64,000 nucleotides of DNA from a virus. Below the pieces are notes generated by a model that worked only from the letters and a program-made list of their open reading frames with translations, searched no databases and was not told where the DNA came from. Shown in pieces: positions 22,556 through 33,206 of the stretch. The stretch's first letter is position 1. Each line of letters opens with the position of its first letter. Both the position numbers and the translations under genes were made by a program. The stretch lies in the IMG/VR virus record IMGVR_UViG_3300045988_082835; one strand, written 5' to 3'.

Positions 22556-22799
22556 TATGGTTTATAATTTAAAGTCTACAAATACTTATAGAGTGCCAAC
22601 CGTAGAAGATGCACTTAGACTGCGGAAATGGCTAGAAAAGACGGCAGTAGGAGAGTTAACCTCATTTAAATATGCTACTAAGTATATTAAGCAAAAGGGA
22701 GAAATAATTGAGGAGTATCAACTCGTTACTGCTACAATGACTATCGACAATGAAAAAGAACCAGAAGGCGTTATGCCAATTACTATTACGGAGGAATAA
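22542..22799 (+). CDS. hypothetical protein (85 aa)
   Basis: ORF track. Confidence 0.4.
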   Translation: MREFNMVYNLKSTNTYRVPTVEDALRLRKWLEKTAVGELTSFKYATKYIKQKGEIIEEYQLVTATMTIDNEKEPEGVMPITITEE

Positions 22800-22800
22800 T

Positions 22801-23367
22801 ATGAGCGTATATTTCGAGAAAGTAAGTCGTTTTAATGACATTGATCTACCTATACCAACTCGCGCAACCGCAAATTCCGCAGGCTATGATTTTGTAGTTG
22901 CAGAAGATGTCGTTCTTCCTCCAATGAATTTTTTAACTTCTAAGATTCAAGATCATGTTTTTGAAAAAAATGCTGACAAGGATTTTTATGGGTTCGTAGA
23001 CCCATTTACTCTTGATGATATGGCTAATCTTACTAAAGAATTAAAATCCAAGATTACGCTAGTATCAACAGGAATGAAATGTCATTTAAATCCTGGGTAG
23101 TATTTAGAATTAAGCGTCCGCAGTTCTACTCCTCTTAAACACTGGATTATTTGCGGGAATAGCGTAGGTATTATTGATGCTGACTATTGCGATAATCCCG
23201 ATAATGAAGGAGAGATTTTCTTTCAACTCGTTAATCTATCTCCTTTTGCTATCCAACTGAAGCGAGGAGATAAGATTGGTCAAGGTATTATTAAAAGCTA
23301 TGGGATTACAGATAATGATGCTGCGACTGGAGAAAGACTTGGCGGATTTGGAAGCACTTCTAAATAA
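22801..23367 (+). CDS. dut: dUTP diphosphatase (one in-frame TAG at 23098)
   Basis: GGAGG ribosome-binding site. ATANSAGYDF, RSS, GIIDADYCDN and GGFGSTSK dUTPase motifs are present; ends at TAA. Confidence 0.75.
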
Positions 23368-23396
23368 TTCTCCAACTTTGGTCAAAATTTATTAGT

Positions 23397-23440
23397 AATC
23401 CTCCTTATATTTTTATATTAAATATAAGGAGGATTTTTTT
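23397..23440 (+). terminator. rho-independent terminator
   Basis: aatcctccttatattt...aaatataaggaggatt hairpin plus a T7 run. Confidence 0.65.
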
Positions 23441-24106
23441 ATGAAAAAATATAAAGTTTATTTATTTATTTTCCCCAATGGAAAATTTTATTGTGGATAT
23501 ACATCCTAGACCCTTTAGCGTAGATGGGATAATGGAAATGGATATAAAAAATGTCCATTGGTATATAAAGCTATTTAGAAGTATGGATGGGATAATATAA
23601 CTAAAAAATTAATATTTGATTCCGATATTTAGGAAGAGGCTTTAAACAAAGAAAGATAGGTAATCAAAGAATTAAATTTAACTAATCCAAATTATGGATA
23701 TAACTTAGATGAAGGCGGTAGACCGCATGGAGGTTCTAATTTTTTAACCGAAGAAGGAAGAAAAAAAATTTCTGAAGCAGGGAAAAAGAAATGGCAAAAT
23801 CCAGAATTTAGATAGTATATGAGTGAGATATCTAGAAAAAGAATGTTAGGAACTCATTTATCAAAAGAAACAATAAATAAAATTCAAGAAACAAGAAAGA
23901 TCAATGGAGTAAAAATGCCATCGAATGCTAAAATAGTGCAATAGTTAGATCCATTAACAGAAATAGTGATAAAAGAATTTCCATCTGGAGGCGCTGCCGC
24001 AAGAGAAGTAATGGGAGAAACAAAAGGTGGAGCAAATATTTTAGCGGTATGTCGGGGGAAAAGAAAAAGTGCATATGGATATAAATGGAGGTTTAAGCAT
24101 GAATAA
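23441..24106 (+). CDS. GIY-YIG homing endonuclease with NUMOD3-like repeats (free-standing; about 8 in-frame TAG)
   Basis: MKKYKVYLFIFPNGKFYCGYTS(Q)TL(Q)RRW GIY-YIG core. GGSNFLTEEGRKKISEAGKKKW and GTHLSKETINKIQETRK repeats follow. Confidence 0.6.
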
Positions 24107-24581
24107 AAGATTATTAGCTCTCGATTAGAGTTCAAAGACCACGGGTTACGCGGTCTTTGAAGATAATAAGTTAAAAACATTTGGTAAATTTGTTGTCGAA
24201 GATAGTAATATAGATACTAGATTAGTAAAGATAAGACAAAAGATAAAAGATCTTATTATCTAGTTTAATATAGATGAAGTCGTTTTTGAAGATATACAAT
24301 AGCAAAATAATGTATCTAATAATGTATAGACCTTTAAAATTTTAGCGGAGGTCTATGGAGTTATTTCCGAATTATTAGAAGAAGAGAAAATACCTCATTC
24401 AACGATTTTATCTACTTCATGGAAATCTCTTCTTGGGATAAAGGGTCGCACTAGACCAGAATAGAAAAAAAATGCCCAGGATTATGTGTTAAATAACTAT
24501 GGTACAAAACCAACTCAAGATGAAAGTGATGCGGTTTGTATCGGCCTTGCGCATATAAAATAGAATTAGTGCGCTTGGTAA
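24099..24581 (+). CDS. ruvC: RuvC-like Holliday junction resolvase (about 7 in-frame TAG)
   Basis: MNKRLLALD(Q)SSKTTGYAVFED...DESDAVCIGLAH; ends at TAA. Confidence 0.55.
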
Positions 24582-24594
24582 TTGGTCCAAATAA

Positions 24595-24650
24595 AAAAAT
24601 CCTCCTTTCTTAACTTTAAAATACTTTGAGAAGTTAAGAAAGGAGGATTT
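24595..24650 (+). terminator. rho-independent terminator
   Basis: aatcctcctttcttaact...agttaagaaaggaggatttt hairpin. Confidence 0.6.
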
Positions 24651-24651
24651 T

Positions 24652-25083
24652 ATGTTTACATTTATAGCAGAACATATAGTAGAAATTCTGTTTGGTCTAA
24701 TTTCCGCAGGTGCTTTGGCTTTTTGTAGATATTTATATAAACAATTAATAGCTTACAAAAAGATGTTACAAGAGAAAGAGAATGATGATATAGCTGAATT
24801 GATTGACGAAAAGTTGAAACCTGTAGTAGAAGATATTGAAGAACTTCGAAGATATATACAGAGGATTGAAAACAAAGAAAATCAAGACTTGACCTTAATT
24901 ATAGCTTCGTATAGATTTCGACTTGTTCAACTGTGTAAAATATATATCAAACAAGGATATATGACGCAAGATCAATATGACCAGTTAACAGAATTTTATA
25001 AACTCTATACCTCTCTTGGCGGAAACGGTTAGGCGAAAGAATATTACGAAAAAGCGATTGAGTTAGAAATTAAATCTGTATAA
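24652..25083 (+). CDS. hypothetical membrane-anchored coiled-coil protein (one TAG)
   Basis: ORF 24652-25032 plus an in-frame continuation to TAA; N-terminal transmembrane helix. Confidence 0.45.
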
Positions 25084-25084
25084 T

Positions 25085-25120
25085 AAAAAAAATGGGGAAC
25101 TCTTAATTGAGTTCCCCATC
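25085..25120. terminator. bidirectional terminator between convergent gene blocks
   Basis: atggggaactc-ttaatt-gagttccccat hairpin flanked by an A-run and a T-run. Confidence 0.6.
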
Positions 25121-25429
25121 CTTCTTTAAACGATTGAAAATTGAGTTAGTCATATTTATTATCTCTTGACCATAAGTTGCTATCAAATCTGCTAGCAATT
25201 CCTCTTGTTCAAATGATAATTCTATCCCATAACTAAACATTGCAGCGTGTGTTAATTCATGACATAAAACTTTTTTCATCATCGTTGAAGATAATTCTTC
25301 ATTGATATAAATACCTTTAGTTTTGCTATCGCAAGCTCCTATTGTTAATTGACCATCACTTCTAATTAACATAGGATGAATAGGAGAAGTTAAGAATAAT
25401 TTCCATTCTTCTCCATTTATATTAAGCAT
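25103..25429 (-). CDS. ImmA/IrrE-family HExxH metallopeptidase-like protein
   Basis: ORF track; VLCHELTHAAMFSYG motif. Confidence 0.5.
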   Translation of the reverse strand: MLNINGEEWKLFLTSPIHPMLIRSDGQLTIGACDSKTKGIYINEELSSTMMKKVLCHELTHAAMFSYGIELSFEQEELLADLIATYGQEIINMTNSIFNRLKKDGELN

Positions 25430-26024
25430 GGTTTAAAGAAGATATTTTTGTAGCAAGAGCAGAGATCTTTTTCTCTAGGAGCTGTCTTTCTTCTGGACTT
25501 GCATCATCAATCATTTCTACTAAATCCTCACTTAATTCTTTCATATATTTGTCCAATTCTCTAATTTTAGTATCCTTGTCTTTATGCAATTCTTTTGATT
25601 CCATATACATACGACGAGTAATTGGACTGCGGCCTTCGCGAGAATCTCTTAGTTCCATGGGATATTCTCTTTCGTTGTAATAGATTGGTTTTTCTCCATA
25701 TCCTTTACGACTACCTGACATATCCTCCATGTATCTGCCTTGAGAATCTCTAGAGCGAGGATAATACATTCTACCCCATTCATTTCTGTCCATATCTCTA
25801 TCGGGTAAATAATATGGAGGAGTAATTGGAATGTAATACTTTCTATGTTCTTCATCTTTCTCTTCCATTGCTTTTACAATAGAACAGTAGTACATTGCCT
25901 GCTCTAAATCTTTTATCATATCAATAGCTTCGCCTAATTCATGAGTGTCTACATTATGAATATCACTTAGCTATGATTGAACACACCCAATAAGAGTTTC
26001 TTTCATATGTTTAAGTCTTTCCAT
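25422..26024 (-). CDS. hypothetical Tyr/Arg-rich protein (about 200 aa, one TAG)
   Basis: ORF 25422-25919 extends in frame upstream across a TAG to the ATG MERLKHMKETL with a GGGTGG ribosome-binding site. Confidence 0.4.
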
Positions 26025-26026
26025 AA

Positions 26027-26449
26027 TTAAGCCACCCTTTCAATAATTAAATTTGCATTTTGGACGTCAATAGTCTGAGTAGAAACATTTTTTACTGCAA
26101 TTTCAAAGCAACATCCTCTTGGCACATCAATAAATATAGAACTTGCTACATTATTATAATCTCCTACCGCCGCCGGAGTAGAAATCATAGTAGTAGAAGC
26201 TACCCCTTCTCCATTGATAGCAATAGCTAAAGAAATTGGACCTGCTGTTCCACCTGCGGCGATTGCAATATTACCGCTAAAATGAGCTTTATATCTAGCT
26301 CTGCATTGAGTAGATGTATTACCTTTTAGTGTTACTAGTCCACTTCCAACGCGATGTAGTAGGCTGTTGGAACAGCCTACTACCGCATCGGTAAAAAGGA
26401 CATTTTGATTAGCTTGTACTGTTTGTACGGCATTCGCAATAATTTCCAT
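26027..26449 (-). CDS. hypothetical beta-rich protein (140 aa)
   Basis: ORF track; no in-frame TAG. Confidence 0.45.
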   Translation of the reverse strand: MEIIANAVQTVQANQNVLFTDAVVGCSNSLLHRVGSGLVTLKGNTSTQCRARYKAHFSGNIAIAAGGTAGPISLAIAINGEGVASTTMISTPAAVGDYNNVASSIFIDVPRGCCFEIAVKNVSTQTIDVQNANLIIERVA

Positions 26450-26477
26450 TGAACCAAATCTCTCCTTTTAATTTAAA

Positions 26478-27383
26478 TTAACACCCGCAATTACTCATGC
26501 TATAGCAACAGTTGGGGTTTGGTACTACATAAGCGGGAATTGGATTATCACGTCCTAATCTACGAATAAGCTCCGCAGTTTGAGCTTCTTGGTTAGCTGT
26601 AATAAAGTTATTTTGAGCTTGTTGAGAAGCAGCGAGACGAAGGGCCTGATTCTCGTTTTGCAAATCAGAGATTTTCTCCTGGCAGAGATAATCAAGAATT
26701 GCACGAGTTCCAGCATTTTGACTGTCAATAATATCACGAGTATTATTGGCCATAGAAGTCTGTAGTGCATTAGTATTAGTCGCTAGATTGTAGTTGACGT
26801 CGGCAAAACCTCTCTCAATCTGACGACCAGTCTCGCAGCAACAATCTGCAATTTGACGAGAAATAGCATTTTGATTTGTGAGATTATCAAAACTTGCTTG
26901 CTGAATTGCAGATTTTGTATCACAACAACAGTTAGAAAGCTGTGTAGCTAAAGCATTTTGACCCTGCATTAAAGCTACATTAGTGCTATTGAAACCTTGC
27001 TGTGTCTGATATCCAAGATTGCATACTGCGTTGTCTACTCCATGGAAACCATTTGTTAAAGCATTATTTAAAGCATATGTGCTATCACAGATTCCCTACT
27101 GGATAGAATTAATTCCAGACTGTAGATTTTGGAAAGCAAAACCTTCATTAATGTCTGCGCGAGTTGCCCAACCTTGACCAGAAGGAGAACCCAGACCATT
27201 ACTGTTGGCTCCATATCCACCAAAACCGCCAAATCCATTTCCCCATCCAGAGAAGCAGAATAAGAATAGAATTATAATCCACCAAGCTCCTCCGTCGTTC
27301 CAAATTCCGCCATTGTTACGATCATTGCCACCTGTAGCAGCAGCAATATCAGCTAAAGAGTATCCATTGTTAGAATTGAACAT
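26478..27383 (-). CDS. hypothetical Gly/Asn-rich protein with a transmembrane segment and repeated Cys-triplet motifs (about 301 aa, one TAG)
   Basis: ORFs 26478-26969 and 27096-27383 share a frame, joined across a TAG. AAAGGAGGAAC ribosome-binding site. WWIIILFLFCF transmembrane segment; NCCCDT and DCCCET repeats; CCYSMSNCGC at the C-terminus. Confidence 0.5.
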
Positions 27384-27408
27384 TTAAGTTCCTCCTTTAA
27401 GAAAATTA

Positions 27409-27642
27409 TTAAAGGCCGAGCATTTTCTTAAAGTCAGCAAACTCCTTGTCATAATTTAATCCTCTTTGGGATAAAAGATTTCTAGCTATTTGTTCAATCT
27501 CTTCGGTTTTATTCTATTTGGCAAGATCTAACAAATTAGCTCCAAACGGATTATTCCCCATCTAACTTTCTAATATATTTAGAGTTAGCTATTGAGGATT
27601 CTATCCATTCCTAATCATTTGAATTAACTACATTGGATTCAT
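27409..27642 (-). CDS. hypothetical small protein (about 77 aa, about 6 TAG)
   Basis: Frame reconstructed manually; TAAGGAG ribosome-binding site; MNPMQLIQMIRNGQNPQQL... Confidence 0.35.
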
Positions 27643-27654
27643 TTTATCGGCTCC

Positions 27655-28080
27655 TTAAAAATCTAATTTTGGCTTTGATTCCTGCTATTGCGCTGTAGGC
27701 TATTTATTTGCCTATGGCGCAATTTTTTCTTTTAATTGAGCAAGTACGGTTTCAAATTCTTCTCTAGTAACAAACTAAGAAGGATTGACAACTGTTTCAA
27801 TCGGAATATTTTTTAATTCATAAACATTAAGTGTTGAAGTTCCATCTAAATTTATCTATTTTGTATATATTTTTTTATTAGCTAAATCAGGAAAGAAAAA
27901 TACAGAACCATCAAAGTCAATGCTAGTTGCCTTTACTTCTTCTATTGAAGAAACTGGGCGACCTTTAATTCCAATCTAGGGCTATTCCACATAGGGCATT
28001 CTTTGTTGCGGAGCATAAGGGATTGCCGCATACTAAGGTTGCTATTGTTGTGGTATATAGTATGGATAATTAACTGCCAT
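27655..28080 (-). CDS. hypothetical Gln/Pro/Tyr-rich protein (about 141 aa, about 9 TAG)
   Basis: AAAGGAGGTAAAACTATG; MAVNYPYYIPQQQQPQYAAIPYAPQQRMPYVEQPQIGIKGRPVSSIEEVK... Confidence 0.4.
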
Positions 28081-28124
28081 AGTTTTACCTCCTTTAAAAT
28101 ATTCCCTTGGCCTTTCATTATTAT

Positions 28125-28176
28125 ATAAAATTTTGGCAAAGATAATTTTACTATTTTGCCAAAATTTTTGCCAATT
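28125..28176. promoter_or_regulatory. cluster of TTGGCAA/TTGCCAA dyad motifs (operator or recombination-site candidate)
   Basis: ttttggcaaa-N14-tttgccaaaa perfect dyad plus tttttgccaatttta. Confidence 0.35.
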
Positions 28177-28187
28177 TTAGTATAAAA

Positions 28188-28214
28188 ATATAATGGGGCA
28201 TAGTAACCCCATTA
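28188..28214 (-). terminator. terminator hairpin after the holin gene
   Basis: aatggggca-tagtaa-ccccatt followed by a T-run on the minus strand. Confidence 0.5.
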
Positions 28215-28216
28215 TA

Positions 28217-28606
28217 TCATGATGCTCTATTTTCATTAACCGCGGCTTCAATGAGATTAGTTAGGTAAGTATTTAAGTCGCCAGTTGTCTCAATAATATA
28301 TTGTTTTGCATCAGATGATAAGATCTCTAATACAGATTCCATAGTCTTATCAAATGCAATTTTTTGAGCCTCAGCATCAAAAGCACCTTGTTCTTTTAAG
28401 CTATTAACATAAGTCTGATTTGTAGCTATTACACATTTAGTAATAGTATCAAATATCATAGTGGTGTATTTCTAAGCTGTTTCATTCTCTGTCTTAGAAT
28501 TTAACTCATCTCGTTTAGCAGAGAGGAAATCTATGAGATATTTTGTTAAAATACCAAGCAGAGGAAGAATACAAAGCTAGAATATTTGAATAACAATTTC
28601 AGGCAT
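28217..28606 (-). CDS. putative holin (LL-H-like; N-terminal transmembrane helix, about 129 aa, two TAG)
   Basis: ORF 28217-28459 extends upstream in frame to the ATG MPEIVIQIFQLCILPLLGILTKYL with an AAAGGAGGAAT ribosome-binding site. Confidence 0.45.
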
Positions 28607-28657
28607 ATTAATTCCTCCTTTATATTATATATAAAACAAGAGGAAGATGGTTTAACT

Positions 28658-29285
<628 letters not shown>

Positions 29286-29289
29286 ATCA

Positions 29290-29352
29290 CCTCATAGATA
29301 TTTGAGAAATTGGCAATTTTATTTATTAATAATTGCCCAAAAATTTGGCAAT
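29290..29352. promoter_or_regulatory. TTGGCAATT repeat and dyad cluster immediately upstream of the recombinase gene
   Basis: aaattggcaatttt, aattgcccaaaaatttggcaatt, ccgcaattag. Confidence 0.35.
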
Positions 29353-29390
29353 TCCGCAATTAGATTTTTATATTATTTTATTATATAATA

Positions 29391-30071
29391 TATTTATAAA
29401 GAATAAGATTGTTCTTGGGATAATATAGATAGCATATTTTGAGCTAGATCGTCTGGTAAGTTTTCCGCTGAATAAGAGATATTTTCTATCTCTTCTCTTG
29501 ATGTAGAGCGTCTAATCCAAGTTAATAAATGATTACATAAAGTTGTATGATAGAGTTTATGCTATATGACAGATTGAGAAATATTCTTAATTTCCTCTGC
29601 TGTAAACATACGACAAAGGCTTTTATCCGCATGATAAGGATAAACAGAAGCTCCCTACTAAACAGCTGCCAATGCTGTTGTTAAGTTAATCTAGTCTGTT
29701 TCTTGTAAAGAGAAATGTTCTATTCCCTTTGAAGTGGTAATATCCATTCCTTCTATTATAGCTTTATTACAATAACTAGAGATTTGCTTTTCTTTTAATA
29801 GTTTTATATTTGGGAGTCTATCTTGCTCTATTTCTTCCTCCGTGCGTTCCATCGCCTAGCCGTCCACTAGCTTGTATCGGGGAATTCCATCGTTGATATA
29901 GATAGACTCTGGAAAATAGTTACCCTAAGCATGGTAATATTTATCGCCAAATCCGCTGTCAATCTCCGTGCCCCAGTCGGTGGAGACAAAGGCGGAGCTA
30001 TTGACGGCGGTAATGCGGCCTTGCTCGTCTGTCTGAACATAGACGATGTATGGTTCGAGTGTGTAGTCCAT
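29391..30071 (-). CDS. tail fibre assembly / chaperone-like protein (GC-rich N-terminal part, AT-rich C-terminal part with TAG)
   Basis: GAGGTGA ribosome-binding site; MDYTLEPYIVYVQTDEQGRITAVNSS...; frame reconstructed manually. Confidence 0.4.
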
Positions 30072-30083
30072 GGTGGTCACCTC

Positions 30084-31073
30084 TTATAGTTCGGCGGAAA
30101 GTGTAATCTTTGCCGTGCTGTTATTACTTCGTAAGAGCTGGGTAACTTGATTTGCTGGGCACCCAGACAATCCGTTGATTATCATGCTCACTGCGTTTGA
30201 GGACATCTGCTGGACGAAGAAATTTGATGCACCCGCTTCTACATTTATAAGTTGCCCATCGCCTCTCAGAAGCCAATTCCCTGCGGATGCGCATGTCGGC
30301 ATAATCCGCATCGTAGTAGGTGTTGGTATTGTGATTTCCGCCTCTGTTTCCGAAAAGAACGAACCAACCCCAATATTTGAAAACAATGTGTTGAATCCAG
30401 GCAAAACCAGTAGATACCTCTGGCACCGAGCCAGCTCCCCGGCATAATCCGGCGTCTCAAAGAGCTTCCAATTACTCTCCTCGTCCTGGTAAGCGAGGGT
30501 TTGGGTGGAGCCAAGCTCCAGCTTAGATGCTTGCAGGAGTACGCTGTTGCCTGCCGAGACGATAGCGCTACAAAAAAACCTGTCCGCCGTATTGTCATAA
30601 TTAAACTGGACAAATCCAAACGGTTTGATAATGTTTATGATATTTGTCCACGCACTCGGTTTTTCTTCCGGGGCAGACGTGGACATCGATAGCAGGTCTC
30701 CATCAACCAGTCCAGAGAGGCAAACTGTTTCTCCCAATAGACGGTCATTTGGAATGCCCAAAAATTGAATAAATTCCAGATTCCCTGTTGTAGCAGTTAA
30801 AGTGATTCCATCGCTGCCCAGGATTGCAGTGCCTTCCCCACTCAGCTTCCATCTGTCTATGAATCCCCCTGAACCGGCATGGCTCGTCTCCCCCCTCTGG
30901 TTAATGGGGAACTGCCCACCGCCCTGCTGGGAGCCGCCGCCCACGAAGTACCAGTTGTCCAGAAGGTTCCGGTTCGGTCGCCCACCGATGTTGCGGAGAG
31001 TTTTTTGGTAGTTGCTTAGGTTAGATAACTCCTTATTTGCTCCTTTAATCTAACCCTATAAAATACAATTCAT
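30084..31073 (-). CDS. tail fibre / receptor-binding protein with a compositionally foreign, TAG-free C-terminal 300 aa
   Basis: ORF 30084-30944 is 286 aa with no TAG and high GC. It extends in frame upstream across two TAGs in AT-rich sequence to the ATG MNCIL(Q)G(Q)IKGANKEL with an AAAGGAG ribosome-binding site. Confidence 0.5.
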
Positions 31074-31103
31074 AGCATAATTCTCCTTTCATCTAAAACT
31101 TTT

Positions 31104-31118
31104 GAAAAAGTACACTTT
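31104..31118. repeat. inverted repeat, left copy (hix-like dyad AAAGT-AC-ACTTT)
   Basis: Perfect 15-bp reverse-complement match to 31266-31280. Confidence 0.6.
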
Positions 31119-31265
31119 ACTGAACTTGGTCAAACATATATAATCAATCTATACTCTTTTTCAAGTATATTTGAAAAGAGTAAGATACTCACTTTTGGGA
31201 AAAGGGTTTCTTACCCTTTTCCCAATTTTTTGTTATCTAGGAAGAAAAAGTATTTTTCCTGTTAA

Positions 31266-31280
31266 AAAGTGTACTTTTTC
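31266..31280. repeat. inverted repeat, right copy (16-bp perfect palindrome aaaaagtgtacttttt)
   Basis: Perfect 15-bp reverse-complement match to 31104-31118. Confidence 0.6.
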
Positions 31281-31398
31281 TCGGAAATTGTTTATGGCTT
31301 TCTAAAAGACTGGAGCGAAGATCGCTTCCATCCTCGACCTTCTATCTAGTAGTTTAGATTTGTTTGAAACAATAGCTAGATAGAAGGAGGTAAATAAT

Positions 31399-33162
31399 TT
31401 GCCTAAATGTATTTTAGCTGAATAGGGTGGAAAAGGTGGAGGTTCTCTTTCTCTTGTAAAAATTGAAGTAACCACTCCCCCTACTAAAACGAGCTATCTT
31501 GCTGGTGATACTTTTAATCCCGCGGGAATGGTAGTCACCGCATCTTACGGCATGGACGGCGTTATTGTAACAACAGCAGAAGTAACTGGGTATCAAGTTA
31601 CTCCAAACCCTTTAACTGATGGGGTTACTAAAGTAACAATTACTTACTCTGAATTAGGAGAAACTTGTTAGACCACTCAAGACATTACTGTTATTCATAA
31701 ACTTCTTAGTATTTAGGTTACTACTAACCCAACTAAGACAACTTATGAATATGGAGACACTCTCCAAACAACAGGAATGGTAGTTACAGCAAGTTATTCT
31801 AATAGTACATCATCCGCGGTTACCGGGTATAGTTGCTCTCCAACGTCATTAACTGCGGTTGGCACCTAGAAAATTACTGTTTCTTACACAGAAAATGGAG
31901 TAACTCAGTCTGCTTCTTTCAATGTTACTGTTGAAAGAAAATCGGCGCCGAAACCAACATGGAAGAATAATCTTACCTATACTGGTAGTAGCCAATCAGT
32001 AAGTGGTGCTTCCTATTGGAATAACTTTAATACCACTTATATGACGATTGGCGGGACAACTTCCGCGACTAACGCTGGAACCTATACTGCTACTTTCACA
32101 CTAAATAGTAATTATAGATGGGCCGATGGAACTACATCAAATCTTGATGTAAATTGGACTATTAATAAAGCTGCTGGAAGTTTAACAGTAAATCCGACTT
32201 CTGTAGCTCTTGATGGAGATAACTATAGTGCCGGTGTAAAGGTTACCATTACTCGTTCTGGAGATGGAGCTATTAGTTATAGTCCAACTAGCGTTTCTGG
32301 TTTAACTTTGTCTTTAAGTGGAAATGTTCTTACAATTAAAGGTGATGGCAGTACGGCTATTTCTTCTACTACTATTACTATTAAAGTCGCAGAGGGAACC
32401 AACTATATAGCCCCAGGAAATAAGACTGTTACTGTAACAGCTAGCTATTGGGAGTGGGGTTCTGAAACTACTGTTGGTGATGCTAAATGGTGGGCTGGAT
32501 TAAAAACATGGGCTGCTAAAGCGTCATCTGGAGAGCGAAAAAATTGTGTAGGCAAGAAGAAACTCGTAAGTCTTTCTTCTGCGGTCCTCGGGGGAAATGC
32601 TGCTACTATGATTTGTATAGGTGCAGATTAGGATGGTACTGGTACTTTAACTTTCTAGACTGCGGGAACCTTGCCAAACGATCTTTAGTTTGGTGATAAT
32701 GCAATCTGGATTGGTTCAGATGCTAGAAAGCAATGTCAAAATTTCTATAACTACTGTAGTGCTAAAGCATCCATTAAAACCGTAAGTAAAGGTACTTGTC
32801 CTAATTATGGAAGCAGAAATGAAAGCGTAACTTATAATAATGAAACTGTATGGTTGCCCTCGGAAAGAGAAATGGGATTAGATTCTTATTCTCCTATCTC
32901 CACTTCTAATAGTACAACTTCTAAAGCCGAGTGTACTAAAGGGTATAACGCACCCTATAGTTATTACACAAGTAATAGTAAACGTGTTAAATATTATATG
33001 AATGCCAATGGTACGTTAACGAGTAACACGAACTGGTATTGGGAACGGTCCCGTTACTACAACAACTCGAGCAACGTTTGCCTTGTCGACTACGATGGGT
33101 CTGCGAACGACAACAACTACTACTACAGCAACGGGCTCGCGCCGGCTTTCGTTATCGGATAA
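31399..33162 (+). CDS. DGR target protein: Ig-like (Big_2) repeats with a C-terminal C-type-lectin-like variable region (TTG start; several TAG)
   Basis: AGGAGG ribosome-binding site. ORFs 32041 and 32854 are in the same frame. The C-terminus ...WYWERSRYYNNSSNVCLVDYDGSANDNNYYYSNGLAPAFVIG is encoded by the variable repeat. Confidence 0.7.
33046..33145 (+). repeat. DGR variable repeat (VR)
   Basis: 100 bp matching the template repeat at 33769-33868 with 10 mismatches. Every mismatch falls at a template-repeat adenine, in AAC codons. Confidence 0.8.
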
Positions 33163-33182
33163 CACAATAAAATAACAATTCG

Positions 33183-33206
33183 GGACAGTTAAGATTAAAT
33201 TGTCCA
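33183..33206 (+). other. hairpin downstream of the VR (candidate DGR target-recognition stem-loop)
   Basis: ggacagtt-aagattaa-attgtcc. Confidence 0.35.

Larger units (their letters stand above)
31099..31282. promoter_or_regulatory. candidate invertible promoter cassette bounded by 15-bp perfect inverted repeats
   Basis: gaaaaagtacacttt (31104-31118) is inverted as aaagtgtactttttc (31266-31280). Each copy is a 5-2-5 dyad with an AC/GT centre. The interior carries TTGAAA-16nt-TATATA facing the minus-strand gene, and the palindrome gggaaaagggtttcttacccttttccc. Confidence 0.45.

Noticed and set aside
30124-31011. Several overlapping ORFs in both orientations within the GC-rich segment.
   Set aside because: High GC lowers the frequency of stop codons. 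Only the 30084-30944 frame has a ribosome-binding site and continuity with the fibre N-terminus.
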